A DNA stretch of 64,000 nt from Candidatus Limnocylindrales bacterium (GTDB lineage: Bacteria > Chloroflexota > Limnocylindria > Limnocylindrales > CSP1-4). A model generated the notes under the pieces. It ran no database searches, was not told the origin of the DNA, and saw nothing but the letters and a program-made list of their open reading frames with translations. The stretch is taken from NCBI GenBank assembly GCA_036508755.1, contig DATCGV010000087.1, positions 1,677 to 65,676 on the forward strand. Reading direction: 5' to 3'. Both the position numbers and the translations under genes were made by a program. Below are positions 31,738-40,502 of the stretch, piece by piece (the first letter of the stretch is position 1; every line of letters starts with the position of its first letter).

Positions 31738-32133
31738 ATGAACAACAGCTCAGCAAGCCACCCCGGCGAAACGGCGATTCGCCCGTTCCGGCCCGCCGGT
31801 AGCGCGACGATGGACGACTTCCTGAAGATCGACATGCGCGTCGGCCGAATCGCCGCTGTCGAGTCGTTCCCCGCAGCGCGCAAGCAAGCTTATCGATTGA
31901 CGATTGATTTCGGACCCGGCGGCATGCGTCGCTCGTCGGCGCAGCTGCCGCTGACGTATCCCGACCCCAACGCACTTGTCGGCCGCCTGATCGTGGCCGT
32001 GGTCAACTTCCCGCCGCGCAACATCGCCGGCTTCCAGAGCGAGGTGCTCGTGCTCGGCGCGCTGCCGGCAGATGGTTCGATCCCGCTCCTGTGCGTCGAC
32101 GCGGGCGCCGCGCCGGGCGACCCGATAGGCTGA
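31738..32133 (+). CDS. tRNA-binding domain protein (CsaA-like)
   Basis: ...FLKIDMRVGRIAAVESFPAARKQAYRLTIDFGP...VVNFPPRNIAGFQSEVLVLG matches the CsaA / EMAP-II-like OB fold. Confidence 0.8.
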   Translation: MNNSSASHPGETAIRPFRPAGSATMDDFLKIDMRVGRIAAVESFPAARKQAYRLTIDFGPGGMRRSSAQLPLTYPDPNALVGRLIVAVVNFPPRNIAGFQSEVLVLGALPADGSIPLLCVDAGAAPGDPIG

Positions 32134-32397
32134 CTCGGCGGTCCTGGAGAGCGGTTGGTAGATACCCCTGGGGGGTATGCGGAATCGCCCTTGCGGGTGC
32201 CGCTCGGCCGGTGCTACTGTTGGCCGCCCAAGGCCTCGCGGGGCACTGGGTAGGGAGGAGAAGGACCGAAGGCGCGACCGCTGGCCGGAACCCAGCACCG
32301 CGTTCTCGGGCCATTGTCGAGGGTAAGGTCCGCTCAGCGCCGTGCGCTGTGAGTGGCTGCCCGTTGGACGTTGTGACTAGTCGGGACGGCTGTATTG

Positions 32398-33792
32398 ATG
32401 GACGCGAAGCAGGTCTGGCGCGCGGCCCTGGGCGAGCTTCAGGTTTCGCTCTCGCCCGCGAATTTCGAGACCTGGCTCAAGGAGACCGCGCTCGTCGCCG
32501 TCGATGACAACCGCTTCCGCGTCGCTGTTCCCAACGGCTTCGCCAAGGACTGGCTCGAGACTCGTTATCGCCCCTTGATCAGCCAGACGCTGGCCCGGGT
32601 CGTGGGCTACAGCGTTCAGGTCGATTTCGAGGTCCGCGAAGGACTGACTGGTGTGCTGACCGAGGACGCGCAACAGAAGGCCGCCATGGACGCAGCGCCG
32701 GCCCCGGCGGCAGTTGCGCAGCAGGTCCGGCTCGAGCCCGGCCGGGTCGGGGGCCCGGAAGGCGGCAGCCTCAACCTCAATCCGCGCTACACGTTTCGCA
32801 ACTTCATAGTCGGCTCGGCCAACCGGCTGGCCCACGCCGCCTCGCTCTCCGTCGCCGAGCGTCCCGGCCACGCGTACAACCCGCTCTTCCTGTACGGCGG
32901 CGTGGGCCTCGGTAAGACCCACCTGATGCACGCCATCGGCAACCAGGTCCTGGCGCGCTTCCCACGCAAGCGCGTCGTCTACGCCACGAGCGAGAAGTTC
33001 ACCAACGAGTTCATCACCAGCATCCAGCAGGGCAAGATCGACGACTTCCGGACGCGCTACCGGCGCATCGACCTGCTGCTCATCGACGACATCCAGTTCA
33101 TCGCCGACAAGGAACGGACCCAGGAAGAGTTCTTCCACACCTTCAATGCGATCCACGAAGACGGCAAGCAGATCGTCCTCTCGTCCGACCGACCGCCCAA
33201 GCTGATCACGACGCTCGAAGAGCGCCTGCGCAGCCGCTTCGAGTGGGGCTTGATCGCGGACCTGACCGCGCCGGATCTCGAGACGCGCATCGCGATCCTG
33301 CGTGCCAAGGCGGAGGAGCAGAGCGTCCGCATCGGCTCGGACGTCGTCGAGTTCATCGCGCGCAAGGTGATCAGCAACATCCGCGAGCTGGAAGGTGCGC
33401 TCAACCGCATCGAGGCCTACGCCAACATGGGCGGCATGCCGATCACGATCGAGCTCGCCCAGGCCGTGCTCTCGAACGTGCTCTACAACCCGAAGCGCCG
33501 GCTCGTCACGCCCGAGCGCATCGTTCATGCCGTGTCGGAGTACTACAGCGTCGAGCTCGAGCAGCTCAAAGGACAGAAGCGCGACCGGGCCATCGTCATG
33601 CCGCGCCAGATCGCGATGTACCTGATGCGCGCCGAAACGGACGTGTCGCTGCTGCGCATCGGCCAGGAGCTGGGCGGACGCGACCACTCGACGGTCCTCC
33701 ATGCGTGCGACAAGATCGACAAGGAAACGCAAGAGAACGAGGAGCTCAGGCGTGATCTCGCCGCGGTTCGGGAGCTCATCTACTCCGACTGA
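32398..33792 (+). CDS. dnaA: Chromosomal replication initiator protein DnaA
   Basis: AAA+ Walker A GGVGLGKTHL and the C-terminal DNA-binding signature ...GGRDHSTVLHACDKI. ATG at 32398, with an in-frame TTG one codon upstream at 32395. Confidence 0.97.
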   Translation: MDAKQVWRAALGELQVSLSPANFETWLKETALVAVDDNRFRVAVPNGFAKDWLETRYRPLISQTLARVVGYSVQVDFEVREGLTGVLTEDAQQKAAMDAAPAPAAVAQQVRLEPGRVGGPEGGSLNLNPRYTFRNFIVGSANRLAHAASLSVAERPGHAYNPLFLYGGVGLGKTHLMHAIGNQVLARFPRKRVVYATSEKFTNEFITSIQQGKIDDFRTRYRRIDLLLIDDIQFIADKERTQEEFFHTFNAIHEDGKQIVLSSDRPPKLITTLEERLRSRFEWGLIADLTAPDLETRIAILRAKAEEQSVRIGSDVVEFIARKVISNIRELEGALNRIEAYANMGGMPITIELAQAVLSNVLYNPKRRLVTPERIVHAVSEYYSVELEQLKGQKRDRAIVMPRQIAMYLMRAETDVSLLRIGQELGGRDHSTVLHACDKIDKETQENEELRRDLAAVRELIYSD

Positions 33793-34231
33793 GCGCCACG
33801 CGCCGTGCTCGCGCGATGTCCCGGTGCGCGGGTTTCACCTCAAGCGCATGTCAGAGTCGGAGCCCGGGTGGAAGAAAGCGCCTGTTTGTGTGGACCAGTC
33901 CGTCTCACAGTGGATATCGCCCAAAGGCAGCCTCGGCAAACGGAGTGCAGACGGTGCGGGTCCTGTGGAGCCTTGGAGCATCGTCCGGCGTCTATCCACA
34001 GTGGGGTCAAAAGAATGAACCGGGCGTCACCAGTGGAGGTCGATTCGGTCCACCGCTCCAGGTTGGCAAAATGCCCACTTTGAGCGTGAAACGGCGGTTT
34101 CCCACGTCGTCAACACCATGATGATGACTATGGAATGAGAAGATAAGAAAAGAGATTCACAATCACTCGTCGGCCCGCTCGCCGGCAAGACTGCCGCGAG
34201 TTGGCGCACCGTGAGAGGAGCTCTTAGGAAC
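33793..34231. other. oriC: Candidate oriC (dnaA-dnaN intergenic region: DnaA-box-like sites plus an AT-rich unwinding element)
   Basis: CTATCCACA (33992-34000, 8/9 to TTATCCACA). Inverted TGTGGACCA (33889-33897) and AGTGGATAT (33909-33917), both 7/9. The 34119-34168 stretch is about 34% GC against about 67% for the window. Confidence 0.5.
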
Positions 34232-35353
34232 GTGAAGCTTTCCGTGATGCAGGAGAACCTGGCGCGCGGCCTGCAGGTCGTCAGCCGTGCCGTCAGCAGC
34301 CGCAGCACGCTTCCCGTGCTGGCCAATGTCCTGCTGCGCACGGAGGATGCCGGACTGAAGCTGACCGCGACCAACCTCGAAATCGGGATCACCTCGTGGG
34401 TCGCGGGCCGGATCGACACCGAAGGCGCATTGACGGTGCCCGCCCGGCTCTTCAACGACCTCGTGGCCGGCCTGCCGAGCGGCGAAAGGATCGACCTCGA
34501 GAGCGACGGCGCAACCACGCTGCGTATCAAGGCCGGCCGTTACCAGACCCAGCTACGCGGCATCGAGGCGGATGAGTTCCCGGTCATTCCGTCACCCGGC
34601 GAGCGGCCGACGACGCGGGTCAGCCAGAAGGAGCTGCGCCGGGCGCTGTCGGAGGTCGTTTTTGCCGCGGCCACGGACGAGGCGCGGCCCATCCTGACCG
34701 GTGTCCTGACCCACCTTTCGGGCGACAAGCTGACGCTTGCCGCGGCAGACAACTACCGCATCGCGGTCTGCACCATCCCGATCCTGGACCCGGTCGAGGA
34801 CACGTCGCTGGTCGTGCCGGCGCGCTCGTACGCAGAGCTGATGCGCGTCCTGACCGACACGAACGACCCGGTCGACTTCATGCTCGCGAGCTCCAAGAGC
34901 CAGGTGCTCATGCACGTCGCTGACGTGGACATCGTCAGCCGCCTGATCGACGGCCAGTTCCCGAATTACCAGCAGGTGCTGCCGTCATCGCATTCGACGC
35001 GCGCCGTGGTCGAGCGCGACGAGCTGCTCAAGGCCGTGCGCATCTCGGCCCTCATCGCGTCCTCAGCGGCCAACGTTGTTCGGCTCAAGGTGGGCGAAGA
35101 AGGCACGGGCACGATCAACATCGCGGCCGCTGCTGACGTGGGCGAGGCGCAGACCGATGTCGAGGCGGCGATCGAGGGCGACGCCATGCAGATCTCGTTC
35201 AACGCCAAGTACCTCCAAGAGGCCCTGGCCAACCTCGACTACGACCAACTCGCGCTCGAGTTCTCCGGGCCGCTTTCGCCCGGCGTGATCAAGCCCACGG
35301 ACGCCGCCGCCGAGTACGTCCACGTGATCATGCCCGTGCGCACGCCGTCCTGA
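34232..35353 (+). CDS. dnaN: DNA polymerase III beta sliding clamp
   Basis: A GTG at 34232 gives (V)KLSVMQENLARGLQVVSRAVSSRSTLPVLANVLL, which aligns with the usual MKF(T/S)... N-terminus. GAGAGGAG lies 11 nt upstream. The listed ORF start at 34211 is probably too long. Confidence 0.95.
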   Translation: MKLSVMQENLARGLQVVSRAVSSRSTLPVLANVLLRTEDAGLKLTATNLEIGITSWVAGRIDTEGALTVPARLFNDLVAGLPSGERIDLESDGATTLRIKAGRYQTQLRGIEADEFPVIPSPGERPTTRVSQKELRRALSEVVFAAATDEARPILTGVLTHLSGDKLTLAAADNYRIAVCTIPILDPVEDTSLVVPARSYAELMRVLTDTNDPVDFMLASSKSQVLMHVADVDIVSRLIDGQFPNYQQVLPSSHSTRAVVERDELLKAVRISALIASSAANVVRLKVGEEGTGTINIAAAADVGEAQTDVEAAIEGDAMQISFNAKYLQEALANLDYDQLALEFSGPLSPGVIKPTDAAAEYVHVIMPVRTPS

Positions 35354-35386
35354 GCAGGGCCGCACATCGCGCGGCGTGCTGAAACG

Positions 35387-36511
35387 ATGCGCGTCGAGAG
35401 ACTGTCACTCACCACGTTCCGTTCGTACAGCGCCCTGGACGTGTCGTTCGCGGATGGACCGCAGGTCGTCGTTGGCCCCAACGCGACGGGCAAGACGAGC
35501 CTGCTTGAGTCGATCCTCGTGCTCGGGACGGCGCGGTCCCATCGTGCCGGCCAGGATGGCGAGCTGGTCAGCTGGGGTGCCGAGTTCGCCCGGCTCGAGG
35601 CGGAAGTTGTTGGGACCGCGCAGGGCAGCGACAAGGTCGAGCTGGTCATCGTCAGGACGGCCACGGGCGGCGGGCGGAAGCGGGTCCTGGTCAACGGGGT
35701 CGCCCGCCGCCCGGCGGCGCTTGCCGCGACGCTGCCGGTGGTCCTTTTCGCTCCGGAGGACATGCTCCTCGTCGTCGGCTCACCCGGCCTGCGCCGCAAC
35801 TCGCTCGATACGCTGATCGCCCAGACGGTCCCGGCATCGGCGACGACGATGTCGACCTACGCGCGAGCGCTGACGCAGCGCAACAACCTCCTCCGCCAGG
35901 TGCGCGAGGGAATGGCCGCGCCTGACGAGCTGCGCTATTGGGACGAGGTCGTGATCAACGATGGCGCGCAGATCGTCGACTGGCGGCGCGCGGCGCTCGC
36001 CCAGCTCAGCCGTCCGCTGTCGGCCGCGCACCAGGAGATCGCTCCCGGGGAGGAGCCGCTCGAGCTGCGCTACCTGACGAATGCCGAGCCGCAACCCGGG
36101 GAAACGACACGCGCCGCGCTGCGTCGCCGTCTGATCGATACGAGTGAGAAGGAGATGTGGAACGGGGCGACCTTGATCGGACCACACCGCGACGACATCG
36201 CGTTCGTCAGCGACGAGCGTGAGCTGGCATCGTCCGCGTCGCGCGGTCAGCAGCGGACGGCGATCCTCGCCTACAAGCTGGCGCAGCTCGACCTGCTCAC
36301 CGACAGCGTCGGCCAACCGCCACTGCTTCTGCTCGACGATGTCTTCTCGGAGCTCGATCCCGATCGCCGCGCCCACCTTGTGCGGCGCATCGGTGCCCTC
36401 CCGCAGGCGTTCGTGACCACGACCACGACTGACGACCTGGATCCGGCTCTGGTGGCCGCGTCGACGGTGTGGACCGTGTCTCCGGGCCAGCTGCGGCAGG
36501 GGAACCGATGA
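35387..36511 (+). CDS. recF: DNA replication and repair protein RecF
   Basis: Walker A GPNATGKTSLLE, signature and Walker B region LLLLDDVFSELD. Confidence 0.95.
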   Translation: MRVERLSLTTFRSYSALDVSFADGPQVVVGPNATGKTSLLESILVLGTARSHRAGQDGELVSWGAEFARLEAEVVGTAQGSDKVELVIVRTATGGGRKRVLVNGVARRPAALAATLPVVLFAPEDMLLVVGSPGLRRNSLDTLIAQTVPASATTMSTYARALTQRNNLLRQVREGMAAPDELRYWDEVVINDGAQIVDWRRAALAQLSRPLSAAHQEIAPGEEPLELRYLTNAEPQPGETTRAALRRRLIDTSEKEMWNGATLIGPHRDDIAFVSDERELASSASRGQQRTAILAYKLAQLDLLTDSVGQPPLLLLDDVFSELDPDRRAHLVRRIGALPQAFVTTTTTDDLDPALVAASTVWTVSPGQLRQGNR

Positions 36512-36843
36512 CAGCCAAGCGCCAGCCCACGCGTGTGGGCGACATGCTGCCGCGCATCGCCGCCGAGATCGGCATCGAGGACGAGCTGCGCCTGGCGCGG
36601 CGCATGATGGCCTGGCAGCGCCTCGTCGAGGAGCTGCTGCCCGCGGCCCGCGGCGCGTCAAAGCTGCTGGCCGTGCAGCCACCAGCGTTGATCGTCAGCG
36701 CCACGGACAGCCTCGTCGCCCAGGAGCTTCTCCTGCGTCAGGCTGAGCTTCTCGCCGCGTTCGGGGACATGGCCGACGGCGCCCATCTGCTCGAGCTGAG
36801 GGTCGTTATCCGGCCACCGGGCCGAGCCTTCTCCCCGCGCTAG
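36508..36843 (+). CDS. dciA: DUF721 / DciA-family protein (putative replicative helicase operator)
   Basis: 111 aa, with an ATGA overlap on the recF stop. This is the canonical post-recF position of DUF721. Sequence ...VGDMLPRIAAEIGIEDELRLARRMMAWQRLV... Confidence 0.7.
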   Translation: MTAKRQPTRVGDMLPRIAAEIGIEDELRLARRMMAWQRLVEELLPAARGASKLLAVQPPALIVSATDSLVAQELLLRQAELLAAFGDMADGAHLLELRVVIRPPGRAFSPR

Positions 36844-36854
36844 ACTGGCCTGCG

Positions 36855-39158
36855 ATGGCTTCCCGGCTCGCGCTCAAATATGGGCTCGTCTCTGAGGAAG
36901 AGCGGCTATCCAACTCCGCCGACGCGATCGTCGTCACCGAGCCGACGACCGGCTCGAAGGCGCGCACCAAGGGCAGCCTGTATCTCATCGTCTGCACCAA
37001 GCAGACCGGCGGCAAAACGCGCGACGCCTGTCGCCTCGTCGTCGACACGATCCGGCGCGAGTACTACTACGACGAGTCGGCGGGCATCTCGATCGTCCTC
37101 GAGAAGGCCGTCCGCGCCGCGAACCGCAAGCTGCGCCAGTCGCGTGAGGGCGGCGGGCTGTCGGCCTACTCGATCGGCATAACGCTTGCCGTCGTGCGCG
37201 GCAGCGAGCTCTACGTGGCCACTGCCGGCGATGCGAACGCGTACCTGATCAGATCGGCGCGGCTGCTCATGCCCGAACACCACTCGGGCGTGGGCCTGCC
37301 TGCCGCGGACAACCTGCGCCTTGGCGTGTGGCGCGGTGACTTCGCCGTCGGTGACTCGCTCGTCCTGTGCTCGCGCAACCTGGTCGAGGTCGTGGGCACG
37401 GAGGAGCTCAAGAACGCGGTCGTGACGCTCCATCCCCAGTCGGCGGTGGAGCACCTTCATCACCTCTTCGTGGCCGCCGCGGGCGAGGGCTCCGACGCGG
37501 TCATTGCCCTCGAGGCGACAGAGGTATCACTTTCGCGCGTCGAGCACCGCCTTGTGCCGGTGTCTGTGGCCGAGCCGCTCGCCGGCGCGCCCGAGCACTC
37601 GCCCATCCCGCTCGCGGACCAGGTCTCAGCCTTGGGTAGCGCCGTGCGCGACCGCGCCGGTGCGGCACGAACGGGCGTCCGCGACGGGATCTCCGGAACA
37701 GTCGGCCGGATCCTCGATCTGATGCCGCGCCGGCGCGCCGGCTACCGACGCATGCGCACGGCCGCCGAGTCGACCGAAAGCCGGCGCCGTGCCTCGATAG
37801 CGGCCATCGCGCTCGTCGCGGTCATCGTCGTGCTCGGCGCACTGGTCTGGTACCTCGGCCCGTTCCGGACCGAGAGCCCTGTCAACAACACACCCGACGC
37901 GGCCGCCGCGCTGGCCGACGCAACGAGCAAGGCGAACCAGGTCTTCGGGTCGGCCGACCTCCTTCACTCCGATCCGACGAGCGCGCAGCAGCTCCTCCAG
38001 ACAGCGTGGGACGACCTGGTGAGCGCCAAGAACGGCGTCGACGCAGCCACCTGGAACCGAGTCGAGGCACAGGTGGCCAACGGCCTCGACACGCTCTTCA
38101 ACACGACCGCGGTGAGCGGCTCACGCTTCTACAGCGCACCAGCCGGCGAGCTGATCACGGGCCTCGTCGTCGGCCCCGACGCCGCCGCCTACGCGATCGT
38201 CGGGACGGGCGTAGTCCGCGTCGACCCGACGAATGGCTCCGTGGCGACGATCGTCCAGACCGGCAGCGGGTCCGCCCAGGGCATGGCCCAACCGCGTCTT
38301 CTCGGTCTGGGCGGGCCGGACCTGCTCATCGTCGACACCAACGGCGGGCTGTGGCGCTGGCGGCCGTCGGGCACGCTCGGCCAGGTCCGGGTCGCGGGCG
38401 ACCAGGTCTGGGGCGCGGATGTAGTCGACATCGAGACCTTCGTCATCAACGCCGACCGGGGCCTGTATCGGATCTACGTGCCCTACCCAACGGCCCAGCA
38501 GATCCTGCGTTATGAGCCAACCGCCGACGGCAGCGGCTTCTCCGCCCCGGCGCCCTATTTCGTCGGCACGACCGAGAACGTCTCGGCGTTCAAGCAGCTG
38601 ATGATCGATGGCGATGTGTACGCCGTGACCGAGCCGGCGCTGACGCGTTACTTCAACGGCCGCGACTCGGGCTTCTCGCTCGACCCGGCGCCGGACGATA
38701 AGAATTTGCGTCCGGGCCACCTATACGAGATGCTCGCCGCGACAGGCACCAAGGGCAGCGGTGACCTCTACCTGTGGGACAAGCAGTGGTCGCGCATCCT
38801 GGTCTACGACAAGGACCAGGGCACGTACCAGCAGCAGTACATAGCCGCCAATGGTGCGCCGCCCTTCTCTGACCTGACCGGCATGTACATCGTCGACCGT
38901 GGCGTCACCCAGCCGCCGATCCTCGTCTGGGCCCGCCCGGACGGGCTCTACCAGGTCCCGCTGGTGGCACCCCAGACACCCATCGGCTCGCCGGCGCCGT
39001 CTGGATTGCAGACGGCCGTGCCGACTCTGCCGCCGCCGGCCAGCTTCATCCCGACTCCTTCGCCCACGGTGACGCAGATCCCGGCGAGCGTCGAGCCCAC
39101 GATCAGGCCGCGGCGAACTCCCCAGGGAGCGCCCGGCACACCCACCGCCGGGCCGTAG
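36855..39158 (+). CDS. Membrane protein: N-terminal PP2C-like (apparently degenerate) domain, one TM helix, large extracytoplasmic repeat domain, Pro/Thr-rich tail
   Basis: PP2C-like order of motifs with substitutions (CTKQTGG for DGMGG, GDANAYL for GDSRaYl, CSRNL for CSDGL). TM helix ASIAAIALVAVIVVLGALVWYL. The C-terminal half has repeated hydrophobic-aromatic beta-strand-like motifs. Confidence 0.55.
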   Translation: MASRLALKYGLVSEEERLSNSADAIVVTEPTTGSKARTKGSLYLIVCTKQTGGKTRDACRLVVDTIRREYYYDESAGISIVLEKAVRAANRKLRQSREGGGLSAYSIGITLAVVRGSELYVATAGDANAYLIRSARLLMPEHHSGVGLPAADNLRLGVWRGDFAVGDSLVLCSRNLVEVVGTEELKNAVVTLHPQSAVEHLHHLFVAAAGEGSDAVIALEATEVSLSRVEHRLVPVSVAEPLAGAPEHSPIPLADQVSALGSAVRDRAGAARTGVRDGISGTVGRILDLMPRRRAGYRRMRTAAESTESRRRASIAAIALVAVIVVLGALVWYLGPFRTESPVNNTPDAAAALADATSKANQVFGSADLLHSDPTSAQQLLQTAWDDLVSAKNGVDAATWNRVEAQVANGLDTLFNTTAVSGSRFYSAPAGELITGLVVGPDAAAYAIVGTGVVRVDPTNGSVATIVQTGSGSAQGMAQPRLLGLGGPDLLIVDTNGGLWRWRPSGTLGQVRVAGDQVWGADVVDIETFVINADRGLYRIYVPYPTAQQILRYEPTADGSGFSAPAPYFVGTTENVSAFKQLMIDGDVYAVTEPALTRYFNGRDSGFSLDPAPDDKNLRPGHLYEMLAATGTKGSGDLYLWDKQWSRILVYDKDQGTYQQQYIAANGAPPFSDLTGMYIVDRGVTQPPILVWARPDGLYQVPLVAPQTPIGSPAPSGLQTAVPTLPPPASFIPTPSPTVTQIPASVEPTIRPRRTPQGAPGTPTAGP

Positions 39159-39180
39159 GACCGGCAGTAGAATTCTCGCC

Positions 39181-39729
39181 ATGTCCGGCGGGGACGCCCT
39201 GAGCGAGGGCAATGGCGCTGCAAACGGTGCGCTCAACGAGATGGTCGTCGAGAGCGTCCGCGTTCACATGATGTCGTCGCAGCACGTGGTCATCCTGCGC
39301 GACACCGGGCACGACCGTTACCTGCCCATCTGGATCGGCCCGTGGGAGGCGAACGCGATCGCGATGCGCCTCCAGGGCGTGGTTCCGGAACGGCCGATGA
39401 CCCACGACCTCTTCTCGCAGACGCTCGCCGAATGCGGTGTCACGCTCAAGCGGATCATCGTTTCGGACCTCGCCGACGACACCTTTCGGGCGCGCATGCA
39501 GCTCCAGATCGACGGCCGCGAGGTCGACCTCGATGCCCGCCCGAGCGACGCGATCGCCCTCGCCGTGCGCGCCGGCGTGCCCATCTTCGCGACGGACTCC
39601 GTCCTCGACCGGGCCGGAGTCATTCCGGAAGGTGCCGCGGACGAGAAGCTCAACGTCTTCCGCGAGTTCGTGAACTCACTCAACGTCGACTTGCCCGACG
39701 AGTCGGGCGAGGGGCACAAGCCCGACTAA
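39181..39729 (+). CDS. Bifunctional nuclease family protein (BFN / DUF151)
   Basis: ...VVILRDTGHDRYLPIWIGPWEANAIAMRLQG...RPMTHDL...ARPSDAIALAVRAGVPIF, a typical DUF151 core. Confidence 0.8.
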   Translation: MSGGDALSEGNGAANGALNEMVVESVRVHMMSSQHVVILRDTGHDRYLPIWIGPWEANAIAMRLQGVVPERPMTHDLFSQTLAECGVTLKRIIVSDLADDTFRARMQLQIDGREVDLDARPSDAIALAVRAGVPIFATDSVLDRAGVIPEGAADEKLNVFREFVNSLNVDLPDESGEGHKPD

Positions 39730-40502
39730 TCTGCCGTCGCTGAGGCACCCGACAGCACGGGCTCGCCACGCTCGAGCGCCCCGGCGCGGTTGGTCCACAA
39801 CCGGATGCGCAGGCGCCAGAAATCGCGCACCGCGCGGAAGATGACCGATGGCTTGGCACCGGTGGGGCTGCCCGCCGTGCGCGGGTAGTGCGGCACGCCG
39901 ACCTCGGCGATCTTGCGGCCGCGCTGCTTGAGCTTGATGAGCAGCTCGGCCGACATGAACGCGCCGCCCGATTCGAGGCGGATGCCCTCGAGCGCTGAGC
40001 GCCGGAAAAGCTTGAAGGCACAGTCGACGTCGCGCACTCCGAGCCTGAAGAAGAGGTTCAGCGCGAGACGGTAGGCACGCGCGTATGCCGTGCGGATGAA
40101 CGGATCGGCGCGCTTGAGGCGGTAGCCGACAACGACGTCGGGCTGGTCCGGTTGGGCCAGCCGTGCGAGCAGCCGGCCCAGATCGGCAACCTTGAACTGG
40201 CGGTCACCGTCGGTGAACGCGACCAGGTCATAGCGCGCGGCGCCCAGGCCGCTGCGCACGGCCGCGCCGTAGCCCTTGTTGGTTTCGTGATGAACAACTC
40301 GGATGCGCGGGTCAGAGGCCGCCAGTCTGTCCGCGATCCGGGGCGTCGCGTCGCGGCTGCCGTCGTCGACGGCGATGATCTCGAACTGCTCGGCCAGCGT
40401 CGGCAGGACCTCGAGTGCTTCGGCGATGAGCGCCTCGATGTTGTCTGCCTCGTTGTGGGCCGGGAAGAAGAACGACAGCTGGCTGACGCGCGGCCCTGTC
40501 AC
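39726..40502 (-). CDS. GT2-family polyprenol-phosphate sugar (mannose/glucose) synthase
   Basis: GTG at 40502 (GTGA overlap with the upstream gene). GT-A motifs FPAHNEADNI, IIAVDDGSRD and FTDGDRQF. The listed 460-aa ORF is an out-of-frame N-terminal extension. Confidence 0.85.
   Translation of the reverse strand: MTGPRVSQLSFFFPAHNEADNIEALIAEALEVLPTLAEQFEIIAVDDGSRDATPRIADRLAASDPRIRVVHHETNKGYGAAVRSGLGAARYDLVAFTDGDRQFKVADLGRLLARLAQPDQPDVVVGYRLKRADPFIRTAYARAYRLALNLFFRLGVRDVDCAFKLFRRSALEGIRLESGGAFMSAELLIKLKQRGRKIAEVGVPHYPRTAGSPTGAKPSVIFRAVRDFWRLRIRLWTNRAGALERGEPVLSGASATAD

Noticed and set aside
32134-32394. The GC-rich 260-nt region upstream of dnaA has long-range complementarity (CGGTGCT at 32209 with AGCACCG at 32294) and a perfect small hairpin ATACCCC-TGG-GGGGTAT (32162-32178). 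I considered an SRP-RNA-like or other structured RNA, or a second oriC part.
   Set aside because: I could not find the conserved SRP domain IV motifs or any DnaA box. In 67% GC DNA such complementarities arise easily by chance. Most likely this is a csaA terminator hairpin plus the dnaA leader. An Infernal scan would settle it.
34074-34090. Second parS-like half-site (…GAGCGTGAAACGG…) inside the putative oriC.
   Set aside because: Only the right half (CGTGAAAC) matches. The left half matches about 4 of 8 positions, so it is too weak to call.
34119-34130. The ATGATGATGA trinucleotide repeat at the edge of the AT-rich element, as possible DnaA-trios.
   Set aside because: DnaA-trios are defined as 3'-GAT-5' (5'-TAG/TAA-3') repeats. 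Neither strand here reads TAG repeats, so the resemblance is superficial. It is kept only as part of the AT-rich DUE description.
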